Positions 41,786 to 42,917 of a stretch of 42,917 nucleotides of DNA are shown piece by piece. Every line of letters starts with the position of its first letter. Position 1 is the stretch's first letter. Where the stretch lies: IMG/VR virus record IMGVR_UViG_2718218102_000002, one strand, 5' to 3'. This DNA is from a virus (lineage: Duplodnaviria; Heunggongvirae; Uroviricota; Caudoviricetes). The position numbers and the translations under genes were made by a program. The notes under the pieces were generated by a model, which worked only from the letters and a program-made list of their open reading frames with translations, did not search any database and was not told the DNA's origin.

Positions 41786-42917
41786 ACCCCGATCTCACAA
41801 AATCTCTATACCCAATTTATATTGCAAATTAGATAAGCGAACCGGAAAGGTATATTGGCAATACAAACATCCACTATCCGGTCGTTTTCATAGCTTAGGA
41901 ACTGATGAGAATGAAGCAAAACAAGTTGCTACTGAAGCAAATACCATTATTGCTGAACAACGTACCCGACAAATATTAAGCGTCAATGAGCGTCTGGAAA
42001 GAATGAAAGGCAGGCGCTCAGACATTACGGTGACAGAATGGCTTGATAAATATATTTCTATCCAGGAGGACAGGCTGCAACATAATGAACTAAGACCCAA
42101 CTCCTATCGGCAAAAAGGCAAACCCATTCGTCTTTTCCGTGAGCATTGTGGAATACAACACCTCAAGGATATTACCGCACTTGATATTGCCGAAATAATT
42201 GATGCTGTAAAGGCTGAAGGTCATAACAGGATGGCGCAAGTCGTGAGAATGGTGTTAATCGACGTCTTCAAAGAAGCACAACACGCAGGACATGTTCCGC
42301 CAGGATTTAACCCAGCGCAGGCAACAAAACAACCGCGAAATCGAGTAAACCGCCAAAGATTATCACTGCCCGAATGGCAGGCAATATTTGACAGCGTAAG
42401 CAGACGGCAGCCCTATTTAAAATGCGGGATGCTACTTGCTCTTGTCACTGGACAACGTTTAGGCGATATCTGCAATTTGAAATTCTCTGATATCTGGGAC
42501 GACATGTTGCACATTACTCAGAAAAAAACCGGTTCAAAACTTGCTATTCCGCTTAACCTGAAATGCGATGCTCTGAATATTACCCTTCGTGAAGTTATAT
42601 CTCAGTGCAGGGATGCTGTTGTTAGTAAATATCTGGTCCATTACCGTCACACAACCTCTCAAGCAAACAGAGGAGACCAGGTTTCTGCGAATACTCTGAC
42701 AACGGCTTTTAAAAAGGCCAGGGAAAAATGTGGCATAAAATGGGAGCAAGGAACTGCGCCCACATTTCATGAGCAGCGATCTCTGTCAGAACGGTTATAT
42801 CGGGAACAGGGTCTGGATACGCAAAAGTTGTTAGGCCATAAATCCAGAAAAATGACCGACCGATACAATGATGATCGTGGTAAAGACTGGATTATCGTAG
42901 ATATCAAAACAGCATAG
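41775..42917 (+). CDS. int: Tyrosine integrase (lambda Int family)
   Basis: 380 aa with the C-terminal catalytic region (…HEQRSLSERLY…LLGHKS…). Stop codon is the last three bases of the window. Confidence 0.9.
   Translation: MAARPRSHKISIPNLYCKLDKRTGKVYWQYKHPLSGRFHSLGTDENEAKQVATEANTIIAEQRTRQILSVNERLERMKGRRSDITVTEWLDKYISIQEDRLQHNELRPNSYRQKGKPIRLFREHCGIQHLKDITALDIAEIIDAVKAEGHNRMAQVVRMVLIDVFKEAQHAGHVPPGFNPAQATKQPRNRVNRQRLSLPEWQAIFDSVSRRQPYLKCGMLLALVTGQRLGDICNLKFSDIWDDMLHITQKKTGSKLAIPLNLKCDALNITLREVISQCRDAVVSKYLVHYRHTTSQANRGDQVSANTLTTAFKKAREKCGIKWEQGTAPTFHEQRSLSERLYREQGLDTQKLLGHKSRKMTDRYNDDRGKDWIIVDIKTA

Overview
Almost the whole window is one lambda-like (lambdoid) prophage lying in reverse orientation: the late operon is on the minus strand and the cI/recombination/int arm on the plus strand. 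Reading left to right: the 3' part of a SitD-like metal ABC permease gene (1-854), an AT-rich non-coding gap, then tfa, stf, lom, J, I, K, L, M, H, G/G-T, V, U, Z, FII, FI-like, E, D, C/Nu3, B, W, A, Nu1, and cosN at 24857-24868. Past cos come accessory genes (a TonB-C-like lipoprotein, bor), a phage-21-type lysis cassette (Rz/Rz1, SAR endolysin, pinholin), an NmpC/Lc-like porin, a Q antiterminator, the nin region (rusA, ybcO-like, ninE-like, ninB), P and O with ori iterons, a cII-position gene, cro, operators, cI, then gam-bet-exo, small coupled ORFs, xis and int, which ends at the window edge. All calls rest on the ORF track plus recalled protein families; no searches were run, so lambda identities and lengths need alignment to confirm. 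The strongest candidate for an undescribed system is an AT-rich two-gene cassette directly downstream of cI, in the rexAB position (36233-37649): a 353-aa protein with a possible GNAT-like N-terminal half, plus a 125-aa ASCH-domain protein, closed by an intrinsic terminator. A second candidate is an AT-rich, opposite-strand pair (small soluble protein plus 3-TM membrane protein) at 31945-32747. No tRNA, rRNA or CRISPR array was recognised.
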